DNA from: Promethearchaeota archaeon
GTDB taxonomy: Archaea > Asgardarchaeota > Lokiarchaeia > Sigyniarchaeales > SOKP01
Direction: 5' to 3'
Length of the DNA: 57,023 nucleotides
Assembly: GCA_048940645.1 (NCBI GenBank)
Contig: JBHLOI010000019.1
Span: 1-57,023, forward strand
Shown here: positions 9,693 to 18,189 of the stretch, piece by piece
Layout: every line of letters begins with the position of its first letter
Numbering within the stretch: position 1 is the first letter of the stretch
The notes under the pieces: model-generated
What the model was told of the DNA's origin: nothing
The model's database searches: none
Seen by the model: the letters and a program-made list of their open reading frames with translations, nothing else
Made by a program: the position numbers and the translations under genes

Positions 9693-10610
9693 TTATACAG
9701 CCTCCTCCTCTTTATTAACCTCAATTCCTCCAAAAATGTAATTCTTCCCCATTAATTGATAATGTAAACCAACGAATTCTTGATTCATACCCATACAATA
9801 AGCAGTCAATTGACACAGGTGAATTACAGGATAATCATAATTACAATTTTTATTTTTATTCAAATAATCTTGTCCAGTTTCATATTGGAGATGACAGAAA
9901 GGACAAATATCTAATATAAAGTCTGGCTTTACTTCATCAATATTTTTCATCTTTTCTGCAAAAATAGTCATGCTAGCGTTACCATCATAGGCTTTAACGC
10001 CTCCTCCAGCACCACAACAAGTTAATTGCTCATTGAATCGGACAGATTGAATTCCTAAAGCTTCAACAAATTCTTCTATAATTGTTGGTCCTTCTGAGCT
10101 TTCAATCTCTCTAATTCTAGTAGGTTTCAGAAAATGACAACCATAATGTATTGCAGCTTTAGCGTTTACCTTTCGAACAATCAAATCTTCTATACCCCAT
10201 GGCCCAATCTCATAGCCTAACACCTCAGCTACATGTCTAACATCTATAATTCCCTTAAACTCATAATCTCCTATGAGTTTTAATTTTTCATTTACTAGAT
10301 TGCGATGTTCTTCATTTTCTTTTAAATGTTTATTTACTTCTTGCAAGGTTCCAAAACAACCATTACACACAGTTAAAATATCTGCTTCCAATTGTTCTGC
10401 TATACAGAGATTTCTTGCTGCCGCAACCATCCAATCAACTTTATTAAAAGAGCGAAACACTCCTGGTGCTGGGCAGCATGTTGCTCTTTCCATATCTAAT
10501 ATAGTATATCCTAGTTTTTCCATTACAAATTTCGTTGATTTCTCAATAGCAGGATATCGATTTGGCATCAAACAACCTAAAAAAAATGCAAATGTGTTTT
10601 CTTTTGCCAT
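9693..10610 (-). CDS. hdrB: Heterodisulfide reductase subunit B
   Basis: FFLGC..PNRYP, TCCPAPG, CNGC, HYGCH, CCGAGGG, CPFCHLQ (two CCG domains). Confidence 0.95.
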   Translation of the reverse strand: MAKENTFAFFLGCLMPNRYPAIEKSTKFVMEKLGYTILDMERATCCPAPGVFRSFNKVDWMVAAARNLCIAEQLEADILTVCNGCFGTLQEVNKHLKENEEHRNLVNEKLKLIGDYEFKGIIDVRHVAEVLGYEIGPWGIEDLIVRKVNAKAAIHYGCHFLKPTRIREIESSEGPTIIEEFVEALGIQSVRFNEQLTCCGAGGGVKAYDGNASMTIFAEKMKNIDEVKPDFILDICPFCHLQYETGQDYLNKNKNCNYDYPVIHLCQLTAYCMGMNQEFVGLHYQLMGKNYIFGGIEVNKEEEAV

Positions 10611-10613
10611 TTT

Positions 10614-11171
10614 TTATGCCTCCTTCTTTTCTTTTTTTTCCTCCTTAATTGGAGGTAAATCAAACATAAATTCTTCAATTTTTTTTAAATCTCTATCATC
10701 TCCTTCCTGCTTAAATTTAAATGCAGTAGGAGGTAACTCTTCTAACCCTAATTCGATTCTTCGTTGTTTAACTTCATCATTTATTGGTACTGCATGACCA
10801 AAGTTTTTTAAATACCCTACAACAGCCCTATGATTAGGAGATATATTGCCTAATTTGGTAGCATAATTTCGCAACTCCATTATTACATCAGTTGGTCTAA
10901 CATCACGAGGACAGCGTTCATAACACTGGTAACAAGTAGTGCAAAGCCATATATCTGGATCTTTCAATACTGACAAATCTCCTAAGACAACTTTTCTCAC
11001 AATTGAACGAGTTTTTAAAGCAGTCCATCTTCCACTTTCACAGCTCGCTGTACATGTTCCACATTGAATGCACTGCCAAATTTTTGATTTTCTTTCGATA
11101 TTTTTAAAAAATTCTTTATCAAAATCTTCGTCTGTTTTATACTCCCTTGCTTGTTCTTCTACATCAGACGT
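10614..11171 (-). CDS. hdrC: Heterodisulfide reductase subunit C, extended to a probable ACG start
   Basis: The frame is open 57 codons upstream of the called GTG (11000) and encodes IWQCIQCGTCTASC; second motif IWLCTTCYQCYERCPR; the frame begins TAA ACG TCT GAT GTA GAA GAA behind AAGGTGA. Confidence 0.9.
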   Translation of the reverse strand, partial: TSDVEEQAREYKTDEDFDKEFFKNIERKSKIWQCIQCGTCTASCESGRWTALKTRSIVRKVVLGDLSVLKDPDIWLCTTCYQCYERCPRDVRPTDVIMELRNYATKLGNISPNHRAVVGYLKNFGHAVPINDEVKQRRIELGLEELPPTAFKFKQEGDDRDLKKIEEFMFDLPPIKEEKKEKKEA

Positions 11172-11218
11172 TTATCATCACCTTTTTTGAAATATAAAAT
11201 AAAAAAAAAAATAATAAT

Positions 11219-11644
11219 TTATAATGAGACTATTCTGCCTCCATCACTCATTTCTAGAAATGTAGCGGCACCAACAGGTTCTTCTACCCAATCAAGTAAT
11301 TCTTCTCTTTTTATTCCCATTAAATCCATAGTCATTTGACATGGATATAACTTCATATTTCCGTTATCAACAGCGTCTTTAATCATTGCCCATGGATCTT
11401 CAATTCCGAATTTTTTCATTCTTTTCTTAAACATATTTGCTGCCATACCTTTCATAGGAGCAGGCATTCCAGCAACTTTAGGTTTAAATTTCTTTTTTAA
11501 AAGGTTTAATCCCCAAAAAGTGAAGAAGAAATTCATTTTAGTGTCCATGGCATCACCTGTTGTTCCAAGGATCATCATCATTGCGAATTTTTCGAATGAT
11601 TTATCCTTTACAATAAAATTTACTGTTTCAGTCATAATTTCCAC
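11219..11644 (-). CDS. DsrE2-like (DsrE/DsrF/DsrH-like) sulfur relay protein
   Basis: FFFTFWGL, LYPCQMTMDLMGI and VGAATFL motifs. Confidence 0.85.
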   Translation of the reverse strand: MEIMTETVNFIVKDKSFEKFAMMMILGTTGDAMDTKMNFFFTFWGLNLLKKKFKPKVAGMPAPMKGMAANMFKKRMKKFGIEDPWAMIKDAVDNGNMKLYPCQMTMDLMGIKREELLDWVEEPVGAATFLEMSDGGRIVSL

Positions 11645-11683
11645 CTTAATTTTCTTTTTTTTTGAATTTATTATCTAATTTGC

Positions 11684-11700
11684 GTTAACAAATTGTTAAC
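11684..11700. promoter_or_regulatory. Perfect 17-bp palindrome, candidate operator
   Basis: GTTAACAA-A-TTGTTAAC, 40 bp upstream of the dsrE2-hdr block. Confidence 0.45.
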
Positions 11701-11767
11701 CATGATTATTGGTTTTTTTAAAAAATTTTTATTATATTTACTTTAAAACATATTGTACATTCTTAAA

Positions 11768-12109
11768 TTACATCCAGGATATAACTTTCTGAGAATTATC
11801 TAATAGATCAACGAGCTCTGTATACTCAATGGGTTTAATTTTTTCATGTATGTGTTCCAACGGAATCCCTCTTGCCTTAAAATCTGGTTTCATAACATAC
11901 AGTTTAAAACTTAAGTTTCCAAGTTGCTCCATTGATAAAGTCATTTTTCCTTTTGACGAAGCGCCAATAACTCCATCATGAATTAGAACCATTCCTATGG
12001 ATTTTCCTTCTTGTAAATGGTGTTTAATAATTGGTAATAATCGATTTAATTCATTTCCATATCTAGGGCTAAATCCAAATAAGTAAATCATGTCAAAATT
12101 TTGTTCCAT
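11768..12109 (-). CDS. dsrH: DsrH/TusB-family sulfur relay protein
   Basis: VLIHDGV, DFKARGI, IEYTELVDLL...KVISW. Confidence 0.85.
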   Translation of the reverse strand: MEQNFDMIYLFGFSPRYGNELNRLLPIIKHHLQEGKSIGMVLIHDGVIGASSKGKMTLSMEQLGNLSFKLYVMKPDFKARGIPLEHIHEKIKPIEYTELVDLLDNSQKVISWM

Positions 12110-12123
12110 CTTATTTCATCACC

Positions 12124-12501
12124 TTAAAATCTAAAAATTGTATCTGCATTTTCAAATAATTTTGAAAGCTCATCAATGTTAATTATCGATAAACCTTCAT
12201 AATTTACGAGATCTTGTTCAGTTAAGCCTGCGTCCTTCAGTGCTGTATCAAGTGCTAAGATTTCTAAATCTGATAACTCCGCCATCTCTAATGGTTCATC
12301 AAAAGAATCTATTCCAAGTATTGTTGGGTCTGCGTGTTTACTTATTAAGTAAACCGCATCACCCATTAGCACCACTTTGCAGTCAATCTCTTCCCCTAAT
12401 CCCATAAATCCCGCACCTAACCTTAAACTTTCACGGGCAGAATTCTTTCCAATTGGAGATTGGTCAGTCACTATTATCACTGATTCTATCATCGCGTTCA
12501 T
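12124..12501 (-). CDS. dsrF: DsrF/TusC-family sulfur relay protein
   Basis: SPIG...ARESLR, VLMGDAVY, ADTIFRF; lies between dsrE and dsrH. Confidence 0.8.
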   Translation of the reverse strand: MNAMIESVIIVTDQSPIGKNSARESLRLGAGFMGLGEEIDCKVVLMGDAVYLISKHADPTILGIDSFDEPLEMAELSDLEILALDTALKDAGLTEQDLVNYEGLSIINIDELSKLFENADTIFRF

Positions 12502-12866
12502 CCCCCTGTTCCGAACGTAATTAATTTTTCTGATTCAGCAGTCCAGTTTGACAATTCACCTAAACCCTCTTCCTTTGCTCCATCAATAAAACACTGTTCC
12601 TTCAATCCACACAAACCAATCCATGTTGTACAACCTGCCACAGGAATATTATGCTCTTTAATGAATTTTTCCAACTGTGTTGGTAAATTCCGAACCGTTA
12701 TACCAGTTTCAATATCTTTTTTTATATTATAAACTCCACTTCCATAGAAGAAAATTCCTTTAATTGAATGCCCTTTTTCTAAAACTGCTTTACATAAATT
12801 TAATAGAGAGTCCACTGCTTCAAACTTATATGGTTCAGTAGATATCATGAATGTATATGTTGCCAA
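12498..12866 (-). CDS. dsrE: DsrE/TusD-family sulfur relay protein
   Basis: EPY, KGH.I..IFFYGSGVY, conserved Cys (AGC), GLGEL...SEKLITF. Confidence 0.85.
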   Translation of the reverse strand: MATYTFMISTEPYKFEAVDSLLNLCKAVLEKGHSIKGIFFYGSGVYNIKKDIETGITVRNLPTQLEKFIKEHNIPVAGCTTWIGLCGLKEQCFIDGAKEEGLGELSNWTAESEKLITFGTGG

Positions 12867-12893
12867 ATATAAACCCTCTTTATTATTTTGATT

Positions 12894-13145
12894 CTAAGCT
12901 TTATGTATTATGAATGTAATTTTACCATTATCTTGTCTGGTCTCTATTAATTCATCCCCTGTCTTATTTAAAAGAGCAGGTACATCTTTTAGAGCTCCAA
13001 CATCATCCACAGTTAATTCAAGAGTCTGACCAGATGTCATTTTTTTAAGTTCTTTTTTTGTCATTAAAACAGGCATCGGACATTTTTTACCTAAACAATC
13101 GAGTTTTATCACTTCACCTATTGTTAAATCTGACATTTTTTTCAA
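12894..13145 (-). CDS. tusA: TusA/SirA-family sulfur carrier
   Basis: LDCLGKKCPMP, LELTVDD.GA..DVP. Confidence 0.92.
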   Translation of the reverse strand: MKKMSDLTIGEVIKLDCLGKKCPMPVLMTKKELKKMTSGQTLELTVDDVGALKDVPALLNKTGDELIETRQDNGKITFIIHKA

Positions 13146-13183
13146 CTCTTTTAGTTTTTTTCACTATTTTTTTTGTTTTTCTT

Positions 13184-13205
13184 ATCACAAAAATTTAATT
13201 GTGAT
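13184..13205. promoter_or_regulatory. Inverted repeat in the tusA/lrp divergent promoter region
   Basis: ATCACAA-N8-TTGTGAT. Confidence 0.4.
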
Positions 13206-13422
13206 CTCTGTTGTAGATTAAAATATAGATTAATATTTAAATTATAGTTTTTTCATTTATAAATCACTATAATTAATAGCGAATTTATCTAAAGTGAAAC
13301 ATTTTTTTAGAGGAAAAAATTATATATGATTAATCTATAAATTTAATTAGAATAGATATTTTAATTTAAATTTTTTACAATTTTCAAAGTTCTATAGTAT
13401 TATAATAATCAAGGAAGATAGA

Positions 13423-13899
13423 ATGACGATTAGTAAAATAAATGATATTGATATTGATGAATTTGATAAGCAAATTCTAGATCTTTTACAAAATGATGCA
13501 AAACTAACGATAGCGGCAATAGCAGAAAAAATTGATAAGAGTCCTACAGCGGTTAGAGCTAGAATTCAAAAATTAGAAAAGGTTTTGATTAAGAAATATG
13601 TGGCATTAATAGATTGTCGGCAATTAGGCTATCGTGAAATGGTTATGGCATCTTTGAGAGTAAATTCTTCAGAACCATTAGATAAAGTAAAAGATAAAAT
13701 AGAAGATATGGAAACAGTAAAGTATGCTTATATAATAACAGGAGATTATCCCATTTTTATCATGGCAAAATGTCTCAATCATGATGATTCCATGAGCTTA
13801 ATTGAAAAATTGCGTAACCTTCCTGGGGTAGAAGAAGTAAAAACCCAAATTGTATTAGATAGAATAAAAGAAGACCCCTCTATAATTATTCCAGAGTAA
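13423..13899 (+). CDS. Lrp/AsnC-family transcriptional regulator
   Basis: DEFDKQIL.LLQ.DA HTH; ITGDY; GVEEVKTQIVL. Confidence 0.92.
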   Translation: MTISKINDIDIDEFDKQILDLLQNDAKLTIAAIAEKIDKSPTAVRARIQKLEKVLIKKYVALIDCRQLGYREMVMASLRVNSSEPLDKVKDKIEDMETVKYAYIITGDYPIFIMAKCLNHDDSMSLIEKLRNLPGVEEVKTQIVLDRIKEDPSIIIPE

Positions 13900-14166
13900 A
13901 TTTTGCATTAAATCCTAAAAAATTTCTTCAAAAATTCGTCAATTTGATTCGTTAAATAACTTTCATTATATATGTTGTAATATTTCACCAAAATTATGAA
14001 TACTTTATGATTGTTAACTAGATATGTGATGAGAGAGTTTATAACAATATCTTAAGGAGATAGAGTTGTTGGTTCGAACCGCAATCTCATGAAAACGGTT
14101 TGTCTATTCATCTTGAAAGTTAAATTAATAATGTCTTTAAAGATACTTGAGGAATACCGTTATAAT

Positions 14167-14439
14167 TTATTTTAACTTTCTTAGTTTCTTGATCCTTTCT
14201 TTGTTAATTTGTTTAATCTCTTTCTTTAAATTTAGAATTGAAGCGTTTATTTCATTGCGCTTAGATTTTAATATAGAAAGTTTAGAGTGGTAAATTTTTT
14301 TTGATTCATGTTTGATTCCTTGTTTAATTTGGGTTAATTCTTTGTGTTTTACTGCTAGTTTTGCCTCTAATTCTTTTAACTTTTGATGGTATTCTAACTG
14401 AATCTTTTTAATCATAGCTGCTTTCGATTCATTTTTCAT
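14167..14439 (-). CDS. Small basic coiled-coil hypothetical protein
   Basis: 90 aa, K/E-rich heptads; AGGAG upstream of ATG. Confidence 0.6.
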   Translation of the reverse strand: MKNESKAAMIKKIQLEYHQKLKELEAKLAVKHKELTQIKQGIKHESKKIYHSKLSILKSKRNEINASILNLKKEIKQINKERIKKLRKLK

Positions 14440-14585
14440 AAAATCTCCTTTTGAAAAGATTCCTTCTTATTAAATATTATTTTGAATATACGAGAATAAA
14501 TAATTTGTGTCGTTAAATTTTTTTAATTGTGTATTCACCCTATTGCTCCAGTTGTGCTAGCCTTAGCTATATTTCTTAGTATGGT

Positions 14586-14628
14586 TATAAAAACTAAAAA
14601 GTTAAGAACTATTTAGTAAGGAGTATTT
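14586..14628. repeat. 43-bp direct repeat copy 1 (promoter-like)
   Basis: 41/43 identical to 17228-17270; reads ...TTTTTATA (TATA-like) on the minus strand. Confidence 0.75.
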
Positions 14629-14795
14629 AAATGCATTATATTGTAGGTAGGTACCTAAAGCACCACAATTACACAAATTTCATTTTAATTTAATTACTTC
14701 CAATTAGATATCTACTACTACATAACAATGTAGAGAAAAAATTTAATGCGGACAGTCAACTAATAGATCTTGATTTAAATAGTAATAAATATTTA

Positions 14796-15293
14796 TTGTT
14801 GATCATGACGAATAAAAACGAAATCCAACCAGAAAAAATTCCCATTTCTAAAGAAGACGAAATATTTAAATTGTTAACGCATCAAACGCGCCGAAATATA
14901 ATAAAAGTACTAGGAGAACGCGATCTTACGTTCTCGCAAATCAAAATGAATTTAGAAATCGATAGTCCAACGCTTTCCTATCATCTTAAAAGCATGAACG
15001 AATTTGTCGTACAAAAAAATTCGAAGTATACTTTTTCCGATATTGGAAGGGCGGCATTACTTCTTCTTACAAAAACCGATCATTCGTTTAAAATTTCGAG
15101 ATATAGAAGAAATTTTTTTTATGCATATATAATAACTCTATTTTGCTGGATAGCGGCAGAGATATTTACTCCTCTTGCTTTTTGGTTCGTTTCACCAAAA
15201 CCTCTCTCTAATTTAATAATCCAAATCATAATAAACGGAATTTGTACGATCAATTTAATCGTTCTTGGACTCTTAAAAAGTCGTTATACTTAA
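14796..15293 (+). CDS. ArsR-like wHTH regulator with 2 C-terminal TM helices
   Basis: IFKLLTHQTRRNII..LG....FSQI...IDSPTLSYHLK followed by two hydrophobic segments. Confidence 0.85.
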   Translation: MLIMTNKNEIQPEKIPISKEDEIFKLLTHQTRRNIIKVLGERDLTFSQIKMNLEIDSPTLSYHLKSMNEFVVQKNSKYTFSDIGRAALLLLTKTDHSFKISRYRRNFFYAYIITLFCWIAAEIFTPLAFWFVSPKPLSNLIIQIIINGICTINLIVLGLLKSRYT

Positions 15294-15583
15294 GATTAAC
15301 AACTTTGTACCAATTTGAGTTCACTTTCTTAATCGAAAATAAGGAAAGCTATAGAAAAAGTCTACAGGCTAAAGATAAGCAAATAGTAAAAATCAAGGAG
15401 GGGGCTACAAAAACGTAAGGCAGTTTATTTTGTGATTTGCTTATTCTGAGATAAATTCGTAAAATTGGATATTTAACACCTCTCAATATATTGCCAATTG
15501 ACTATATTATCCTAAGTATTATTAATCCGTGAAAAAATTCCTACTTTAAGAGTTTTAAAAAAATTAAAATTTAAAAAAAAAAA

Positions 15584-16336
15584 TTATTTCCCATATTTTT
15601 TAAAAAGTAAGATTCCTACAATAACTAGTATAACGCTGAATATTGTAAGAACAATTAGATCCCACCAGATAGTTAGTTCACCTAAAGAGCCACCATTAAA
15701 GAGTTTAGTTAATGCGTCTGTTGCATAGTACAAGGGCATAAATTTACTGATCATTTCAGCTTCATTGGGTAACGGATACAAACCCGATGCTAGCATCTGT
15801 TGTGGTAGTATAAAAATCCAAATAATTCCAGCAGCCGCTTTGGCATTTTTAGCGATAGTTGCTGTAATTAACCCAAACCCAATCGTAGAGAGGGAAAATA
15901 CTATCATAAATATAAATGCAGATATTATGTTAACAGCTGATCCAACAGGACGATAACCCAACAAGTAACAGATAAGTGCAATTATTGCGACTTGAATGAT
16001 TGCCATTCCTATATTTGAGATTATATGACTCATTATAAACTCTAATGCCGTCGTTGGCGTTGTTTTAATCCGTTTCAACATACCTTGCTCCCGATCTTCT
16101 GCAAATGAATATGATAAGGGCATTGCCATATAAAGTGCACTAAGTGCAAACAGTCCTGGAACTAGAAATTCAAAAACGGTTAGTCCAGTTCCATCTATTA
16201 TTATCGATCCAAATAGCAGTCCAAAAGTTAAGGCTAATACAACTGGGAGTAACAGTATCATACATAACGCTGATGGTACTCTTATTAAACTCTTAAATTG
16301 TATAGTCATAAAAGCTGATACTCGTCTGAAATTCAT
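15584..16336 (-). CDS. ABC-2 type exporter permease
   Basis: FLVPG, DREQGMLKRIKTTP, SGLYP, MPLYY; about 6 TM. Confidence 0.9.
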   Translation of the reverse strand: MNFRRVSAFMTIQFKSLIRVPSALCMILLLPVVLALTFGLLFGSIIIDGTGLTVFEFLVPGLFALSALYMAMPLSYSFAEDREQGMLKRIKTTPTTALEFIMSHIISNIGMAIIQVAIIALICYLLGYRPVGSAVNIISAFIFMIVFSLSTIGFGLITATIAKNAKAAAGIIWIFILPQQMLASGLYPLPNEAEMISKFMPLYYATDALTKLFNGGSLGELTIWWDLIVLTIFSVILVIVGILLFKKYGK

Positions 16337-16338
16337 TT

Positions 16339-17157
16339 TTAAAACCCCTCCAGTATTCTTCTTCCTGTAATATTTAAAAATACCTCTTCCAAATCCTCGG
16401 AATGATATTTCTCAACTAATTCTTTTGGTGTTCCTATAGCTATTAACTTTCCAAAATCTATTATTGCGACTCTATCGCATAGTGATTCTGCTTCTTCAAT
16501 GTAATGGGTTGTCAAAATAACTGTTATATCCTTTTCTTTTAAAGAATTTATGAAATTCCAGGTTGTTCGTCTAACTCGAGGATCCATTCCAATTGTCGGT
16601 TCATCTAAAAATAAGATGGGAGGATCATTTATCAATGCCATGATGAGATTTAATTGTCTAATCATTCCACCGCTATAATGCTTTGCTTTTCTCTTACTTG
16701 CCTTAGATAAACCCAATAAATTAAGGAACATATTCATTCTTTTGTTTATATCTTCTTTTTTTACGAGATGCAATTTACCAAAAAGTTCTATATTTTCTTT
16801 AGCATTAAGATATTGATAAATAGCTGCTTGTTGTGGACATACACCGATTAATTCTTTGATCTTTTTAAGATCATTTCTTACATCATATCCTCCTACAAAG
16901 GCATCGCCATCGGTTTGGCTAATTAAACCACACAAGATATTTATTGTGGTGGTTTTTCCAGCTCCGTTGGGACCCAATAGACCAAAAATCTCACCTTTAT
17001 TTATTGAAAAAGATATATCATCAACAGCCTTAATTTCTTCTATGGTATTCTTTTCCGTATATATTTTTCTCAAATTCTTCACTTCAATAGCATTAGTATT
17101 ATAAGGACCAAACATTTTTTCACTATCAAGTAAACCTACATTTTTCAAATCTATCAA
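16339..17157 (-). CDS. ABC exporter ATP-binding subunit (DrrA-like)
   Basis: GPNGAGKT, YSGGM, LFLDEPT, LTTH. Confidence 0.95.
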   Translation of the reverse strand: MIDLKNVGLLDSEKMFGPYNTNAIEVKNLRKIYTEKNTIEEIKAVDDISFSINKGEIFGLLGPNGAGKTTTINILCGLISQTDGDAFVGGYDVRNDLKKIKELIGVCPQQAAIYQYLNAKENIELFGKLHLVKKEDINKRMNMFLNLLGLSKASKRKAKHYSGGMIRQLNLIMALINDPPILFLDEPTIGMDPRVRRTTWNFINSLKEKDITVILTTHYIEEAESLCDRVAIIDFGKLIAIGTPKELVEKYHSEDLEEVFLNITGRRILEGF

Positions 17158-17227
17158 TCATTTACACCAAATTATTTTTTGTAAGATTTTATTTTAAAAT
17201 TTCCTGATTTAACTAAGAAATCCAACA

Positions 17228-17270
17228 TATAAAAACTAAAAAGTGAAGAACTATTTAGTAAGAAGTATTT
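17228..17270. repeat. 43-bp direct repeat copy 2 (probable ABC operon promoter)
   Basis: Near-identical to 14586-14628; about 70 bp upstream of the ABC ATPase start. Confidence 0.75.
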
Positions 17271-17593
17271 GACTAAAAAAAATTAGTAAAGAACTATTTA
17301 CTACCCAAGAATTTTTCTCTAAGAAATTTATATTTTATGCGATTAAAATCTCTTTTTTTTAGTTTAAACATGTAAATACCCAAAAAAACATTTTGACGAT
17401 TTTTAGTTAGTGAAATCTAATTGCTTTATTGTCCAAACATTTAGAAATAAGTGAAATAATTGAGGTAATCAAATCCTTCATTAAAAAAAAATAAATTCAA
17501 AAGATCTTACCTACATGAATGAATCAAAAAATTAAAAAATAATATTATTAATGAGGAATAAAATTATAATTGTTTAATATTGAAATATTTTAA

Positions 17594-18088
17594 ATGATCA
17601 AAATGAGTAAAAATAATAAATCCACAGAAGAACTTCCCCTTTCTGAGGAGGATGAAATTTTTAAATTATTGACCCATCAAACTCGTCGGAATATCATTAA
17701 AATATTGGGGGAACGAAACCTTTCTTTCTCACAAATCAAAAATACTTTAGATATTGATAGCCCTACTCTTTCATACCATCTTAAAAGTATGAAACCATTT
17801 GTTATTCAAAAAAAATCTAAATATTCCTTTTCCGAGATTGGAAAAGCTGCATTATATCTTCTTACAAAAACGGATCAATCAATAACTATGTCCAAATACA
17901 AAAGATATTTTTGGTATATATATTTTGTAACCTGGATCTGTTATTTTGTTATTGGGGCTATAATGCCCCTTACAATACTGTACATCCCTTCGATAGATGA
18001 TTCAATTTTCATTTTTGAAATTTTACTAAATGTTGTAGGTGTTATTAACATGTCAGTTATAGGATTCTTAAAAAGTCGCTATATATAA
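17594..18088 (+). CDS. ArsR-like wHTH regulator with 2 TM helices (paralog of 14796)
   Basis: Shares EDEIFKLLTHQTRRNIIK, IDSPTLSYHLKSM and LLTKTD with 14796. Confidence 0.85.
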   Translation: MIKMSKNNKSTEELPLSEEDEIFKLLTHQTRRNIIKILGERNLSFSQIKNTLDIDSPTLSYHLKSMKPFVIQKKSKYSFSEIGKAALYLLTKTDQSITMSKYKRYFWYIYFVTWICYFVIGAIMPLTILYIPSIDDSIFIFEILLNVVGVINMSVIGFLKSRYI

Positions 18089-18189
18089 TATAAGACTCAA
18101 TTGAAAAGACTCATAGAAAGATGTATTAAATTAGTATGTGAAAACGCAACCAAAAATATATTCATCAAAACTGATAATACTTTTATAAA

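Noticed and set aside
9692-9733. ORF-track N-terminal extension of HdrA (MEELRLIKRRRLYK)
   Set aside because: It overlaps the hdrB 3' end; TTG at 9691 behind GGAGG is more plausible
10273-10797. 174-aa antisense ORF, and similar short antisense or alternate-frame ORFs (1787, 6994, 8576, 11151, 15765, 16856, 20443, 21975, 22693, 23901, 26375, 30937, 31170, 31709, 33639, 38437, 39331, 40619, 43202, 45145, 47897, 48141, 50949, 52542, 54261)
   Set aside because: They are shadows of well-supported genes and have no recognisable motifs
7219-11171. Selenocysteine (UGA) recoding in hdrA/mvhD/hdrC, known in some Asgard archaea
   Set aside because: The frames are open with Cys at the motifs; the short hdrC call is due to the start codon, not an internal UGA; no convincing SECIS was seen
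3260-13145. Interpretation as methanogenesis or as a canonical sHdr sulfur-oxidation locus
   Set aside because: No mcr/mtr genes in the window; single hdrB/hdrC plus mvhD, and no second hdrCB pair or lipoate-binding protein gene as in sHdr
14054-14114. tRNA gene or fluoride riboswitch
   Set aside because: Only a GGTTCGAA fragment and GGAGAT/AACCGC pieces are present; no cloverleaf or required pairing
15375-15444. 10-bp inverted repeat ATAAGCAAAT/ATTTGCTTAT (MITE?)
   Set aside because: Short, AT-rich, single copy, with no target-site duplication evident
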